Assembly (NCBI GenBank): GCA_965287045.1
Contig: OZ336882.1
Coordinates: 18,538,001 to 18,602,000 of the forward strand
Direction: 5' to 3'
Length of the DNA stretch: 64,000 bases
Source of the DNA: Carcharhinus amblyrhynchos
Taxonomy: Eukaryota
In this document: one piece after another, positions 24,400 through 37,031 of the stretch
Layout of the letters: the number at the start of each line of letters is the position of its first letter
Position numbering within the stretch: the stretch's first letter is position 1
Made by a program: the position numbers and the translations under genes
Notes under the pieces: model-generated
Databases searched by the model: none
What the model was told of the DNA's origin: nothing
The model's input: the letters and a program-made list of their open reading frames with translations, nothing else

Positions 24400-25530
24400 T
24401 CCCATAGGGTGCTGGCACTAATATCCCATCTGTGAAGAATGGCTAAGCAGGGGCCATGTCTGTAGCCTGAACCTGTTGAGGGTGGGCTACTCTTTCCTTG
24501 GAAGGTTGAAACCAGACATTCTGTTGGGATGGGTGTGAGACCTTGTACTTGTTTGTCATGTCCAATGATTCACATTCATTTCTCCGGGTGGAATTTGTGT
24601 TGAAGGCCTGTGTGAAAAGGTTTTCCAAGATTGGCCTTCTTGATGGGAGTCATACCTTGGATGAACTGAATAGGTCAGCCTGAAGGAACATGTGATGGGC
24701 ATTACAAACATTTTCTGTCATTTTGTGGCTTGTTGCAAGTCATGTGATATGTGGAGGAGTGATGCTTGCCAGGACTGGGAGCCAATGGGTTGGTGTTGAG
24801 CATCATGTTCCAGTGATATATGTGGTAGCACTCAGCTGGATCTCCACTCGTGCATGTGTCCTTGTGTTGCGCTGGGTGATTTGGTGATCAAGTTGTTTTC
24901 TGGACTTTACCTTGGCTGCCACTGCTGTTAGATGCATCCAGAAGGTCAGTTTCTGACCTAGGGTCACTCTGTGGTATCTTGGTGCTGAATGTTGCTTTAA
25001 CTTGTAGCCACTACTGGAACGCACAGGCCAATGTGAACGACAAAGGGCAGTGTTGTCTGAGAAGGAATTCATCTAACTCTGTGCAGGATGGGGAGTCCCA
25101 GGGAGAGAACTACCCTAGCACAGGTCAGGGGGGTATTCCCTATACCATATGACTGAATGGAATGTTCATCGCTGTTTGGGGTTGTGTATATGTATCAGAT
25201 CATTTATGGGTGCCTGCTCTGCAAGTGCTTCACCATCACTGGATATCCCCAGTCTGAATGGTCACTGTGGATTTGCCCCAGATAGATGGCAGGTGGAGGA
25301 AGGAGCTTGGAGGCTTGTAGACATTGGCTTTGTGGAACCACCAATTGCTAGCATGTCGGAAAAAGTGGTCATTGCCAGATGATTTGCTTGACCAATGTCG
25401 GTTCAATCATAGATGGCAAAGCCATGTGTGGCATGACGGTGATAGCACAGAAGGTGCTATCCATCAGACTTAATGGTTAAACAGCCTGCTTCTTCTGCTC
25501 TGATGTGGGTTTCTTGCAGGCAGACGATCA
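24400..25530 (-). mobile_element. Vingi/Ingi-like LINE fossil (endonuclease plus RT C-terminal remnants, internally deleted)
   Basis: Minus-strand remnants IVCLQETH, ANVYKPPS, GEALAE...HNPKQR*TFHS, APRYHRVTLGQKLTF..HL...AAKVKSR and PTHWLPVLASITPPHI. Confidence 0.7.
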
Positions 25531-26244
25531 GAAGCTAATGACTACCCATGGAACTGTACCTCAGAAGGTAAAATGGGAAAGGAGACAGTTGGTCAGGGGA
25601 AAGAGCTCCATGTAGAGCTTGTTTGTATCAACAAGGAGATGTATGTTCACAATAGAAATTGGAAACTTTTGCAATTACCATTGTCCAGCATCCACGTCCA
25701 GTCCTAAAGATCTGGCATCCAACTGTAGGCTAAGATTTCTTTCACTGCAGCAGATGCATAACAAAATCTTAGTTCTAGAAAAGTTCTAAATGATGTGAGC
25801 TTTCTATATTTTTACATCAATGATTCCTGTGGCTTTTGTGTTAAATTGATCATTTGCAAAACTGTAGGCTGTTTGGTATTGCACCTTGATGCTTTTTCGG
25901 ATAAAGCAATGTCCAGATACAGTTTCACTAAGACTGTGCCATTAAAAGAAACTCCACTCTGCTCTAACCCAAACATGCTTAGCCTTAGAAGAGTTCCAAA
26001 TTAGGGCCGCTTTGTGCTTTGGGCCTTATTGATTTTTAAATGGGTGAGAAAACAGGAATCATCAGAGAAGGTGTCCCTTTTAGGATGTGATTGATGCTGG
26101 TGTTTATCAGACATATTCAGCTTCTTATTAATTTCTAAATCTACACCAAGATATTAAGCCTCTTAATTAATCAACTGTCTAACATTAAGCAATATATGAG
26201 GAAGAGACAGGTTTTTTGCTGAAATGTAGGCCTAAAGTTTGAAA

Positions 26245-26695
26245 TAAGAACATAAGAACTAAGAGCAAGAATAGGCCATCTGGCTCCGCCATTCAATAAG
26301 ATCATGGCTGATCTTTTTGTGGACTCAGCTCCACTTACCCGCCTGCTCAGCATAACCTTTAATTACTTTGTTGTTCAAAAAATCTATCTATTTTTGCCTT
26401 AAAAACATTCAATGAGGTGGCCTCAACTATTTTACTAGGCGGGGAATTCTACAGATTCACAACCCTTTGGGTGAAGAAGTTCCTCCTCCACTCAATCTGC
26501 TCCCCCCTATTTTGAGGCTATGCCCCCTGTTCTAATTTCACCCGCCAGTGGAAACAACTTCCCTGCTTCTATCTTAACCATTCCCTTCATAATTTTATAT
26601 GTTTCTATAAGATCCCCCCTCATTCTTTTAAATTCCAATCAGTATAGTCTCACTCTATTCAGTCTCTCCACATAAGCCAACCCTCTCAACTCTCT
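26245..26695 (-). mobile_element. CR1 3' end
   Basis: aagaacataagaac reverse tail and ORF2 C-terminal region similar to 1884-2350. Confidence 0.85.
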
Positions 26696-27706
26696 GATAG
26701 TTTACTAACACAATTCTTAAGTGGCTTAATATTTTTGCAGGGGGATTAGAAATTAAGGAGAGAAACTGAAGTGCTGGAATTTTACTGCCTTGTCCGTAAG
26801 ATTCCTCCCGAGGCCAACGGAGAATGCCATTCTGCGAGCATCGCCCACCCACCTCTGAGATGAGCAAGGCAGTAAAACTCACCCAATATGCCTCATCAGT
26901 ACAAGTTAGCAATCAAATTAGTGATTTGTGATGTGCCTTGTGCTCCAGCCTTTCTGGGAATGTGTTACAGATCATTGGATGAGAAGGAACAAGTTTGTTT
27001 CGAATTGTTCCAGCATTGAAGGAGGCTGAGAGGAAAGGGGTGGATGCAAACTAGGGATGGTCTCAATCAGGAACAAGATTTTATCAGAATGCTGAACCTG
27101 GGTTTGGATAATCTTTCGGATGTAGAACTCATCAAAGGGCTGGAGATCTAAAAGGGAGGAATATACATCGGGAGCAAGTGAGTATAACATTGTTCATCAA
27201 TATTCTGAGAGGATTCAACTTATGACAGAACAGACTTTCAATTTCTGAAGGAAGCAGAAGGAATTCAATTGGGAAATGTTTCAACTAAATGGTTGTAGAC
27301 TTCTGTTGAAAATCAAAGGCTATCAACAAGATGAAATATGTCCACCAACCCCATTCTCAAACAGATTAAAAAAGTGGAAAATGTTTTTGTAAGTACAAAA
27401 TTAACTTACTTCCAATGGGCAATATCATCTTTACAAAATTGCCTGGAAAGTTCTCTTATGGGGTGCTATTATTATTTTTCTTGTTAATTGTGTACTTCAA
27501 GGTAGGATTTCTGCTTTGGGCACAACATAGTTCGAATGGGAGATTTCAATTTCCGTAATGTAACGCGAGATTCTCTAGCCTCCCCTTGGCATTTTTCTTG
27601 GCAACGGAAGGTGGCGCGCTGTTTGCTGGCGATGGAATCATCCAGTCCCACTGCTGTCAATAGGTGGTCCCAGTGAAGCCACCTTATGTCACCGAGCAAC
27701 ACGCAC

Positions 27707-27708
<2 letters not shown>

Positions 27709-27770
<62 letters not shown>
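27709..27770. repeat. (AC)31 microsatellite
   Basis: Read directly. Confidence 0.97.
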
Positions 27771-27772
<2 letters not shown>

Positions 27773-28403
27773 AAAATGCCTCTTGTGTCCCAAGATGTGG
27801 AGGTAAGATGGGATTAGCCACGGTTAATGTGTGGGTTTACATAGGGTCGAGGTAAAATGCTCTGTCAAAGAGTTGGTCCAGACTTGATGGGCCAAATGGC
27901 CTCTTCTGCACGGTAAGGATTCTATAATCCTCTTCTAAAGAGGCGGGACAAGTGATCAAATGTCAGGGGGAGAAATATTTTTCCCAAACACTTGAACATA
28001 ATTGCATGTGTAAAAGGAAGCGCGGGTGTACCAATAATTCTGGAGGATCACAATCATCTCTTGTGTAAGTGCAGTGATGATACTATTAACGGAGATGGGA
28101 AAGTCGTAGATGGGGAGGAATAAATTAGATGACTAAGGATTAAATCACTTCAGTGATAAGAGAGGATATAATGGGAGGTAAGTAGACATTGTACAATTTA
28201 TGGGTAGAATTAAGAAATAGAACAGGAATTAAGACTGTAGTGGGAGTTGTGACAAGCTCCCCTGTGCGGGAACAGCCGTGAAGCTGTAGATGTTATAAAT
28301 ACAGAACTTAGGCAAGCACGTAGCCATGACAGAGTGGTTTTAATCGGGGGTTTTGGCTTTCACATAGACTGGGGTAGGCAGACAAGCGCATGTTCCAATT
28401 TTT

Positions 28404-28538
28404 TGTGTGTGTGCGTGTGTGTGTGCATTTGTTTGTGTGCATGTGTATGTGTGCATCTGTGGATGCATGTGTATGCCTGTGTGCGACTGTGTGTGTACGT
28501 CTGTTTGTACGCGTGTGTGTGTGTGTGTGTGTGTGTGT
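28404..28538. repeat. Imperfect (TG)n microsatellite
   Basis: Read directly; accounts for the HT/CV-repeat ORFs here. Confidence 0.9.
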
Positions 28539-29323
28539 TCGGGATAATTTTCTGCAGTAATATGTCCTACACCCAACAAGCCGGCAAGCCATTTTAGATT
28601 TAGTAGTGTTCATGAGCCAGTTAAAAGCCTAATGGCCGGTGAAGATGTATTGAATATCAACCGTAATATGATTGAGCTCATTGTGGGTTTTGAAAGGGAG
28701 AAACATGAAATTTCTATTATGATTCTATATTCAGTTGAGGCTGAATTGAATGGGATGAGAAAGAAACTGGGCAAATCTGTGAACTATTAAAAGGACAAGA
28801 TGAGTTGAAAAAGCTATTCACTGGAATATCGAAGCAGTTTAGACTCTGAAGGGACAAGGTCTCGATTTGCCAAAGAAAAGAATCAGCTGTGGACAACTCA
28901 CCAGATAAGAGACAGCATCAAACTTAAAAAGCTTCCAAAAATTTTTTTAAAAAGCACATTTTTTGTGACTAAAAGCAAAGCGTAACAGTACAGATAGTAA
29001 GAGCTGCAGAAAGGGAGAATGAAAAATTTTTGCTCGGCATATCAAAGCTAGCACAAAAGATTTTACAATTATATTATGAAACAGGCTGAACAGGAGCGTT
29101 GAAGGGGTCCTTAAAAATTGATAGCAGTAAAAATTGTCAATGAAATTGAGAAAATAGCATTCATGCTGAGTAATTACTTTTGATCAGTATTCACTGTAGT
29201 GGAAGATGATAGCATGCTAAATATTTAAAGGAGAATGATATTGAGTTTGGGCATGTGTGGCTTCTATCGTATTACCAAAGTTGTTACTAAATTTAGTGAA
29301 AAGTTGAGGCCCCAACATCTCCT

Positions 29324-29813
29324 CCATGATCATCCTCAACACTGGTGCCTCCAGTTACTTACTGCACTCCTTATACATCTTGTATGGTTCCTGTTTTGTC
29401 CAAGACTGCAAGAAACTACAAAAGGTCCTGAACAAAGCTCAATCCATCACACAGCCTCCCAGCCATTGACTCTGTCTACACTTCCTGCTGCCTTGGAAAA
29501 GTAGCCAGCATAATCAAGAACCCCATATACCCCAGACGTACTCTCTTCCACCTTCTGTCAGGAAAAAAATACATAAGTCTGAGGACATGTACCAACTGAC
29601 TCGACAACAGCTTCTTCCCTGCTGCTGTCAGACTTTTGAATGGACCTACCAGATATTAAGTTGATCTTTCTCTACACTCAGCAATGACTGTATCATTACA
29701 CTCTGCAGTTTCTCCTTTCCTTCTCTAAGTACGATGTGCTTTGTCTGTATAGCACAAAGAACAGTACTTTTCACTGTGTACTAATATATGTGACATTGAT
29801 AAATCAAATCAAA
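29324..29813 (+). mobile_element. Rex1/Babar-like LINE 3' fragment with internal deletion
   Basis: IILNTGA-like start, then QDCKKLQK...NSFFPAAVRLLN and (aaatc)n tail. Confidence 0.8.
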
Positions 29814-29939
29814 TTAATGTAAACAAAGTTACGACAATGAAGAAAATAGAAGCAACAAGAATGGTAAATCCCCAGGACAAGATGGTTTCTATCCCAGGGT
29901 TTGAAGAACAGTCAGTGACAGAATTGTAAATCATACATA

Positions 29940-30268
29940 GTATCTGGAATTAAGAAGCTACTGATGACCATGAACCCATTGTCGATTGTCAAAAAAACCC
30001 ATGATCATCCTCAACACTGGTGGCCCCAGTTACTTACTCCTTATACATCTTGGTATGGCTCCTGCTCTGTCCAAGACTGCAAAAAACTACAAAGGGTCTG
30101 GTTCACTAATGTTCTTTCAGGAAAGAAATCTGCTGTCCTTACCCGGTCTGACCTACCTGTGACTGCAGAGCCACAGCAATTTGTTTGATTCTCAACTGCC
30201 CTCCAAGGGCAACTAGGAATAGGCAATAAACACTGGTCAGTCAATGATGCCCATGTTCCATGAATAAA
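29940..30268 (+). mobile_element. Short derivative (5' body + LINE tail) of the tRNA-headed LINE family, containing a 100 bp insert
   Basis: tctggaattaagaag...aaaaacccat|insert|ctggttcactaatg...tgccctccaagggcaactagg...cccatgttccatgaataaa. Confidence 0.75.
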
Positions 30269-30778
30269 TAGTAATAAAATGTCCGAAATAACTTCCAAAG
30301 TTTGCTTGATTCAAAAATGTTCAATTGGATTGGAAAATTGAAAATGCAACTCTATTATTTAAGAAAAATGACAGAGGTACACCAGGGAATGATAAATCAG
30401 TTAACCTAAGGTATTTATTATTTGGAAATTACTAAAATCTACAATTAAGGTTAGGGAATACCTTGAAAATTTTCCATTGACCGGAGGGATCCAGCATAGA
30501 TATGTAAAGTGTAGATTTTCGTAATTTCCGAATAATAAATATCTTAGGTTAACTGATTTATCATTCCCTGGTGTGACTCTGTCATTTTTCTTAAATAATA
30601 GAGTTGCATTTTTAATTTTCCAATCCAATTGAACATTTTTGAATCAAGCAATCTTTGGAAGTTATTTCGGACATTTTATTACTATTTATTCATGGAACAT
30701 GGGCATCACTGACTGACCAGCGTTTATTGCCCATTCCTAATTGCCCTTGGAGGGCAGTTGAGAATATGTAAAGTGTAG
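30188..30778. repeat. Local inverted duplication (arms 30188-30443 and 30510-30765) with a flanking 15 bp direct repeat
   Basis: Arms are reverse complements with about 11 mismatches by eye; atatgtaaagtgtag at 30500-30514 and 30764-30778. Confidence 0.95.
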
Positions 30779-33700
30779 GACATGCCTGAAAAGTTGACGA
30801 AAGTAGTGACCAGCGGATGTGTATGGATGTTTCATATATGGACTTTAGGAAAGCATTTGATCAAAGCTATCAGCTAAAGGTCATGGAAATGAAGACAAAG
30901 TGTTGACCGGGTTAAGAAGTTAGTTGAGTGGAAGGAGATGAAGATGGGTTAATGGACAGAAGCTCTAATTCGAAGGATATTACTCGTGGTATCCTGCAGG
31001 GATCTGTTGGGGCCTCAACTGTTCATGGATTTAGTAACAACTTTGATAATAGGGTAGAAGCCACACATCCAGATTGCTGATGATGTACAAATAAGCAAAC
31101 AGTGTGGACGGAAGCATGATGTTACAATGCACTATTTATAGATTAAAGATGGGTTTTCCAGCTTCACCTGCTGACAGCATCATCCAATCCTGCTGAAGTT
31201 CATAGGGATTTAAATGGATCACCAGATCCACTGTGGGAAAATCCGCCACACTGAATCTGGAAAGTCTCAGCGTCAGTGTATGAACTAAATTGTTGCAATA
31301 GATTTCACAGTAGGTGAGTATTTGGTCTTCCATTTTATATCTAAGGGGGTAGAGCAGGATCGTTTCTGAATGGTGACAAAGGAGCCACATTTCGAAAAGT
31401 GCATCTCAACTGAAAACATTGGAGGAGATAGATATCAGGGATGGGATTCTCCCAACCCTCCCCTGGCAGGCTTCATGGTGGCTGGGAACAGTGAATTTAG
31501 CAGCAGGCCAAAAGCCAGAAAACCACCAGGATAAAACCACTTTGCAATTCTCCCAAAGGCAGGTTAATGGTGAGTCAATTATCTCACTACCCAGTGATTA
31601 TCACTTCATTCACATCCTTTGAATGCTTGCCAGAACCTTCTCGCGGTTTCCAATCTTCCGTCACATCGGCAGGAAATTACGTCGGCCTCAAACCCGTTTG
31701 AGAATGAGTGGCGCGCACGCAAGTCAGACCTCAGCTTTCTCATGACTCTGAGGTAAAGCAACATACATAGCCTACCTGCCAAAGCACTGCACCACTCTTG
31801 TTGTGACCTTCTTCTTGGGGCTGGACAATAAATCTATCGTTATTATTATTACTTATTATTTGTGTCGCAAGTAGGCTTACGTTAACACTGCTATGAAGTT
31901 ACTATCAAAACCTGCATGAGCCCTGAAGACAAATAGGCTGGAGAGACGGAGATGTAAGCGTTAGACTGGCGATTAAATAGGGTGTCTAGACCTTTGACCC
32001 CAACAGTTGAGAGCAGGTAGTTGAATCAGCCCTTGACCCACCAGATGGTTTGACCTGATAGTCATCTGTGTATAATTAATGAACTTCCAAGCATAGAATT
32101 GGGTGTGAATCTCACTATTCCAGCCAGCACAGTGGATGCTGCTGAAACTGCCCACCGCCACACTTATGCTCATAAATGGAAAATTCCACCAGCGGACTCT
32201 GAAGAGGAAATTTAAGGAGAAAATTCATCTGTATTCATAGTCCTTTCCCTGATCCGTCCAGCTCAGGGGCAAGAAGTGTGGCAATGTTTGTGCACATCCG
32301 GCATCTGCATAAACAATAGTGATGGATATGATCAGGGAGCAGGTTCTGAGAATGACACATGATGCATGAAATACAGCCAGGAACAACTCAAAGCCGCTGA
32401 AAAACTTGCAGCACATTCTTTTAATAAGGCAAATAAAACAAAATGCCCTAAAGCAGTTTTTGCCAAGTAATCTCAGGACGCAAGCATTTTATTTTGAGCT
32501 GGGTTGAAATGAGAGTAACGCAGTGGTTGAAATTTTCAAAGAATCTTGGGGGACTGGGTTGCGTAGTCAGTTCAGTTTGAACGTGGTCCACAAATGGAAT
32601 GAAAGCCTTCTTTTTATCAGCTGTCAGGGTCTTATGTAAAATGGGTCTTGTGCATTGTTAACCTAATTCCTACTGGGTGCAATTAAATAGCCTATAATTC
32701 TGCAGTAATTGGCACTAAATTGTCAATCTTGCAGAGAGAAGTCACAAGATTGACTAATGCAGGAAATAGTAATGCTGCCCCAGTGCAGCGGGAGAGTTGA
32801 GGCATACTATTAGACTAGTGAACGGAGGCTTTACTTTGTGTCAGGGAATGCTTGAACCTAACAATTAAAATGAAAATATGCTCTATTCCCCAGGTTTAAA
32901 TGCTCTCACTTGAGCTAGGACAAAAAAAAATCACCGGAAGCAATAAACAGAAGGCTTTAAACATCCGAATGCTGACATCCCCCACAAAAAAAACAGTAAA
33001 CATAATAGGGAGTAAGATTTCCACCAGTTGATATCTTCTCGTCTTTATCACAAGGACAGGGATTTGCTTGATCGACATTTCTAGCTCGTAAACACAAACA
33101 CTTCATAACTTCCCTTTTGACTTTAATACCGGCAGCAAAATGGAAGAAGTCTACGCACTGGCTTCACCATGTTGCTCACACACATGAGAATTCTTCACCC
33201 TCAGGATGAAATTCTGCTTTTAGTGGAAAATGGGAGAACAAACATTTTTATTTCTGCTTTGATTAGATAATTAATAAATAAAAATGCACTGTTTTGTGCA
33301 ACATAGGAGTGCAATATGGAACAATGATTAAATGCTGACAAAATAGGAAATTTAGAAAAGATGCCCTGTTTTTAGTCCTTTGATTACCGTGGGGGATGTT
33401 TGCACAACAGTCTTCTGTGAAATCCTAAACAGCATCTGTGTCCCAGTTTGGGGTTAATTGTAGTGATGGCCATTTACTAGGAGCGCTTTGTTTGATTTCT
33501 TCATGGATCAGGTATAAAGGTGTGTAATGACAACGACTGCCTTTATGTTTAAAGGACTCAACTTTAAAATACTCATCCTTCTGCTCAAAATACTTCACGG
33601 CCTCATCTCTCCCCATCTGCCTAGCCTCTTCCAGGATTGTAACCTTCTGAAATCTCTACACTCCTCCCATTCTGGCTGGCGTTATGCCGCCAGTTGCTTG

Positions 33701-34344
33701 AATCTGCATGATAGAGGGAGATTGCAGCATTTCTTTGGGACAAATGTCGTTGGGAAAATACTGCAGCTCTCTGAGAGCAGCTGGCAGCCTGCGGGGAGCT
33801 CTTTGGAAAGGCCCTTCTGCACCTTCACTTCTTTCACAGCCGGCCTTCCTGGCAGCGCTTATCCTTTCAGAGCAATTGTTTGATGCTGGCTAGCTGTTAA
33901 TCTCCAGGGGCCGATTGCAGACGGAAATGCATTTTGTGCCTGCCTCTGGGCCCACCAAGTGTGCATGTCCGATGGGTGAAAGATTCAGGTCCATATTACA
34001 TTCAGGAGTGCTAACTTAATGCTGCTTTGTTATCACAGCTGGAAGTGGGATTTAACAACCAAGTAGTATTTTTAATCAGAATAGCTCGTACTCAGTTTTT
34101 AATTAGCTGAAAATGATATTTACTGTGCAGAACAATATCTAGTTACGCTGGTGTACTGTGCTTAATGATACTCATAAAGCAAAGGATATATCAGTCCGTG
34201 ATGTGAGAAATTGTGATTGAGTACAGTTTTCTAGACCCCGTGAAGTCTCATGGCATCAACTCCAACACGGGCAAGGAAATCACCTACTCCTTACCACCTG
34301 CTGCCATTTTTTAGCTGTTATATCAGTTCACTTTCACGTTGAAA

Positions 34345-34565
34345 GTTTAAAGTTTATTTATTAGTGTCATAAGCAGGCTTACATTAACACTGCAATGAAG
34401 TTCCTGTGAAGATCCCCCTGTTGCCACACTCCGACGCCCGTTCGGGTACACTGAGGGAGAATTTAGCACAGCCAATGCACTCAACCAGTATGTCTTTCAG
34501 ACTGTGGAAGAAAACCGGAGCACCCAGAGGAAACCCACGCAGACACAGGGAAAATGTGCAGACTC
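34345..34565 (-). mobile_element. V-SINE with tail B, 5'-truncated
   Basis: aaagtttatttattagtgtc...gcttacattaacactgcaatgaagtt reverse tail plus V-core. Confidence 0.85.
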
Positions 34566-34888
34566 CTTTGAAAGAGGACACTGATGGTAATGAGGTCACA
34601 GAATGCACTCTGAGTCAGGGATTTCAATGCATATCATAGCACCATGACTGGCAAAGTCCTGAAGGACATAATTGCAAGATTATAGCTGCAGCAGGTGGTG
34701 AGATAACCAACAAGACGGGAAAACCTACTTGACCTCACCCTCACCAATCTAGTCTCAGATCCATTTGTCCATGATAATATTGGGAGATAAAGACAAACCT
34801 TCACTTTAAGGATACTGTCCATTTTGTTGTTTTGCACCACCACTGTTTTAAATGGCATAGACTCAGAACAGCTCTGGCAGCTCAAAAC

Positions 34889-35041
34889 ATGATGTGGAGA
34901 TGCTGGTGCTGGACTGGGATAAACACACTAAGAAATCTCACAACACCAGATTAAAGTCCAGCAGGTTTATTGGCAGTAAATGGCATTTGCTACCAAATAA
35001 ACCTGTTGGACTTTAACCTTGTATCGTGAGACTTCTTACTG
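34889..35041. mobile_element. Palindromic Penelope-like terminal mini-element (family 1) with a 10 bp TSD
   Basis: Arms ~34927-34982 and 34984-35041; agctcaaaac at 34879-34888 and 35042-35051. Confidence 0.85.
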
Positions 35042-35126
35042 AGCTCAAAACTTGCCATCCACGACGTGCTGTGGGCCGGCATATTCCTCACTCTGTACGA
35101 TTAACACCAAGCCAGCAAATGGATCA

Positions 35127-35610
35127 AAGAACAAAGAAAATTATAGCACAGGAACAGGCCTTCAGCCCTCCAAGCCTGCACCGACCATGCTGCCTGACTT
35201 AACTAAAACCCCCTACCCTTCCAGGGACCATATCCCTCTATTTCTATTCTATTCATGTATTCGTCAAGATGACCCTGAGAAGTCACTACCATATCTGCTT
35301 CCACTACCTTCCCCAGCAATAACTTCCAGGCACCCACCACCCTCTGTGTAAAAAATCTGCCTCATACATCGCCTTTAAATCTTGCTCCTCACACCTTAAA
35401 CCTGTGCCCCCTAGTAATTGACTCTTCCACCCTAGGAAAAAGCTTCTGACTATCCACTCTGTCCATGCCTCTCATAATCTTGTAGACTTCTATCACTCCT
35501 CAACCTGTGCTGTTTCAGTGAGTACAAACCAAGTTTCTCCTCATAGCTTGCAACCATACCAGGCAACACCCTGGTAAATATTTTCTGCACCCTCTCCAAA
35601 GCCTCCACAT
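35127..35610 (-). mobile_element. CR1 3' end (same subfamily as 13465-14358)
   Basis: aagaacaaagaaaattatagcacaggaacaggcc reverse tail. Confidence 0.88.
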
Positions 35611-36142
35611 CAATTCTGCTTCAATGTAGAATGTAACAGAGCATGTCAGGAGCAGCATTAGGCACATCTAAAAATAAAATAGCTACCTGTATTGTCATCC
35701 ACAATATTTTCCCTCCCTGTTGGGTAATTAGTGGGGTGGTAGTGTCAGGACCTCCAGGCTTCTTATCAGACCATTGAATCACGCAATGACCAAGGTTTCT
35801 ATTCTCAACGAGCCATGGTGTAGTATTTGAACCTGGAGCATCTAGTCCAGAGATAATGATCTTACCACTGCATCACTGGTGAAGCGACAATACAGGACTA
35901 CATGCCTGTTAACTGCAGAACAACATGCTATAAACAGAGTTAAGAAATCAAAGCTGTACAATCCTGCCACATCCTGAGGTTAATGGTAATGGACAACTAA
36001 TCAAGGGAAGTGGGTCCAAACACATCCCCATTATCAATGATGGGGAGCCTAGCACATCAGTGCAAAAGACAAGGCCAAAGCATTTACAACCACCTTCAAC
36101 TAAAAGTGCACAATCGATGATCCATTAGGACAGCTACCTCAT

Positions 36143-36780
36143 AGCGCCGGGGACCCAGGTTCAATTCCTGGCTTGGACCACTGTCTGTGCGGAGTTTGCA
36201 CATTCTCCCTGTGTCTACATGGGTTTCCACTGGCTGCCCTGGTTTCCTCCCACAGTCCAAAAGACATGCTGGTCAGGTGCATTGGCCATACTAAAAACTC
36301 CCTTGGTGTACCCAAACAGGTGTCAGAATGTGGCAATGAGGAGGTTTTCACAGTAACGTCATTGCACTGTTAATATAATCTTCCAATCCATCACGCAAGC
36401 CAGCCTCCCATCCATTGACTCTGCCTACACTTCCCGCTGCCTCGGCAAAGCAACCAGCATAATTAAGGACCCCACACAGCCCGGACATTCTCTCTTCCAC
36501 CTTCTTCTTTGGGAAAAAGATACAAAAGTCTGAGGTCACATACCAACCGACTCGAGAAAAATTTGTCTCTGCTGCTGTCAGACTTTTCAATGGACTTAAC
36601 TTGCATTAAGTTGATCTTTCTCTATACCCTAGCTATGATTGTGGCAATACATTCTGCACTCTCTCGTTTCCTTCTCTATGAATGGTATACTTTGTCTGGA
36701 CACACGCAAGAAACAATAATTTTCACTATGTTAATACACGTGACAATAATAAATCAAATCAAATAATAAATAAGCTTTAA
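36143..36780 (+). mobile_element. V-SINE with tail B, with a Rex1-like 3' end (36378-36763) inserted in its tail
   Basis: SINE runs to ...ttgcactgttaat, then Rex-like GKRYKSLRSHTNRLEK and (aaatc)n, then aataataaataagcttt. Confidence 0.8.
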
Positions 36781-36906
36781 TTTTAACTTTATTTCTGCCT
36801 TGTCCTGCGGCCTGTACCGCTACAGAAGCGAGTCTTCATCCAATTTGATTTGTTCTATGTGATATCAAGAAATGGCTGAAGGCACTGGACACAGCGAAGG
36901 CTCTGA

Positions 36907-37031
36907 GGGGAATTTTCCCATCCCGCCTGCCATGGGAATTGTAGCGGGCAGGGGTGGATCATGCAAAAGGTCCTTTGACCACGAGTGGGATTTTTCAGTT
37001 TCAGGCGAGCACAGCTGGGAAATCCTGCCCC
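36907..37031. mobile_element. MITE-like element related to 9013-9142
   Basis: ggggaattttccca...tgggaaatcctgcccc imperfect terminal inverted repeats. Confidence 0.55.

Larger units (their letters stand above)
27940..31145 (+). mobile_element. Old, heavily interrupted CR1 ORF2 (endonuclease to RT)
   Basis: WVELRN..GIKTVVGVV (~28200), KSPGQDGFYPRV (~29866), DWKIENATLLFKK...PGNDKSVNL (~30328), MDFRKAFDQ (~30838), GILQGS (~30988). Confidence 0.75.
34235..36125 (+). mobile_element. Fragmented endonuclease/tether region of the tRNA-headed LINE family, with nested insertions
   Basis: gaccccgtgaagtctcatggcatc (34235) and gcagcaggtggtgag...aaacctacttgacctcaccctcaccaat (34688) match 60128-60446; continuing pieces at ~35052, ~35612 and ~35878. 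Confidence 0.7.

Noticed and set aside
26950-27180. Purine-rich exon-like segment ending at a gtgagt donor
   Set aside because: Stops in all three frames.
28308-28613. His/Thr- and Cys/Val-repeat ORFs
   Set aside because: Translations of a (TG)n microsatellite.
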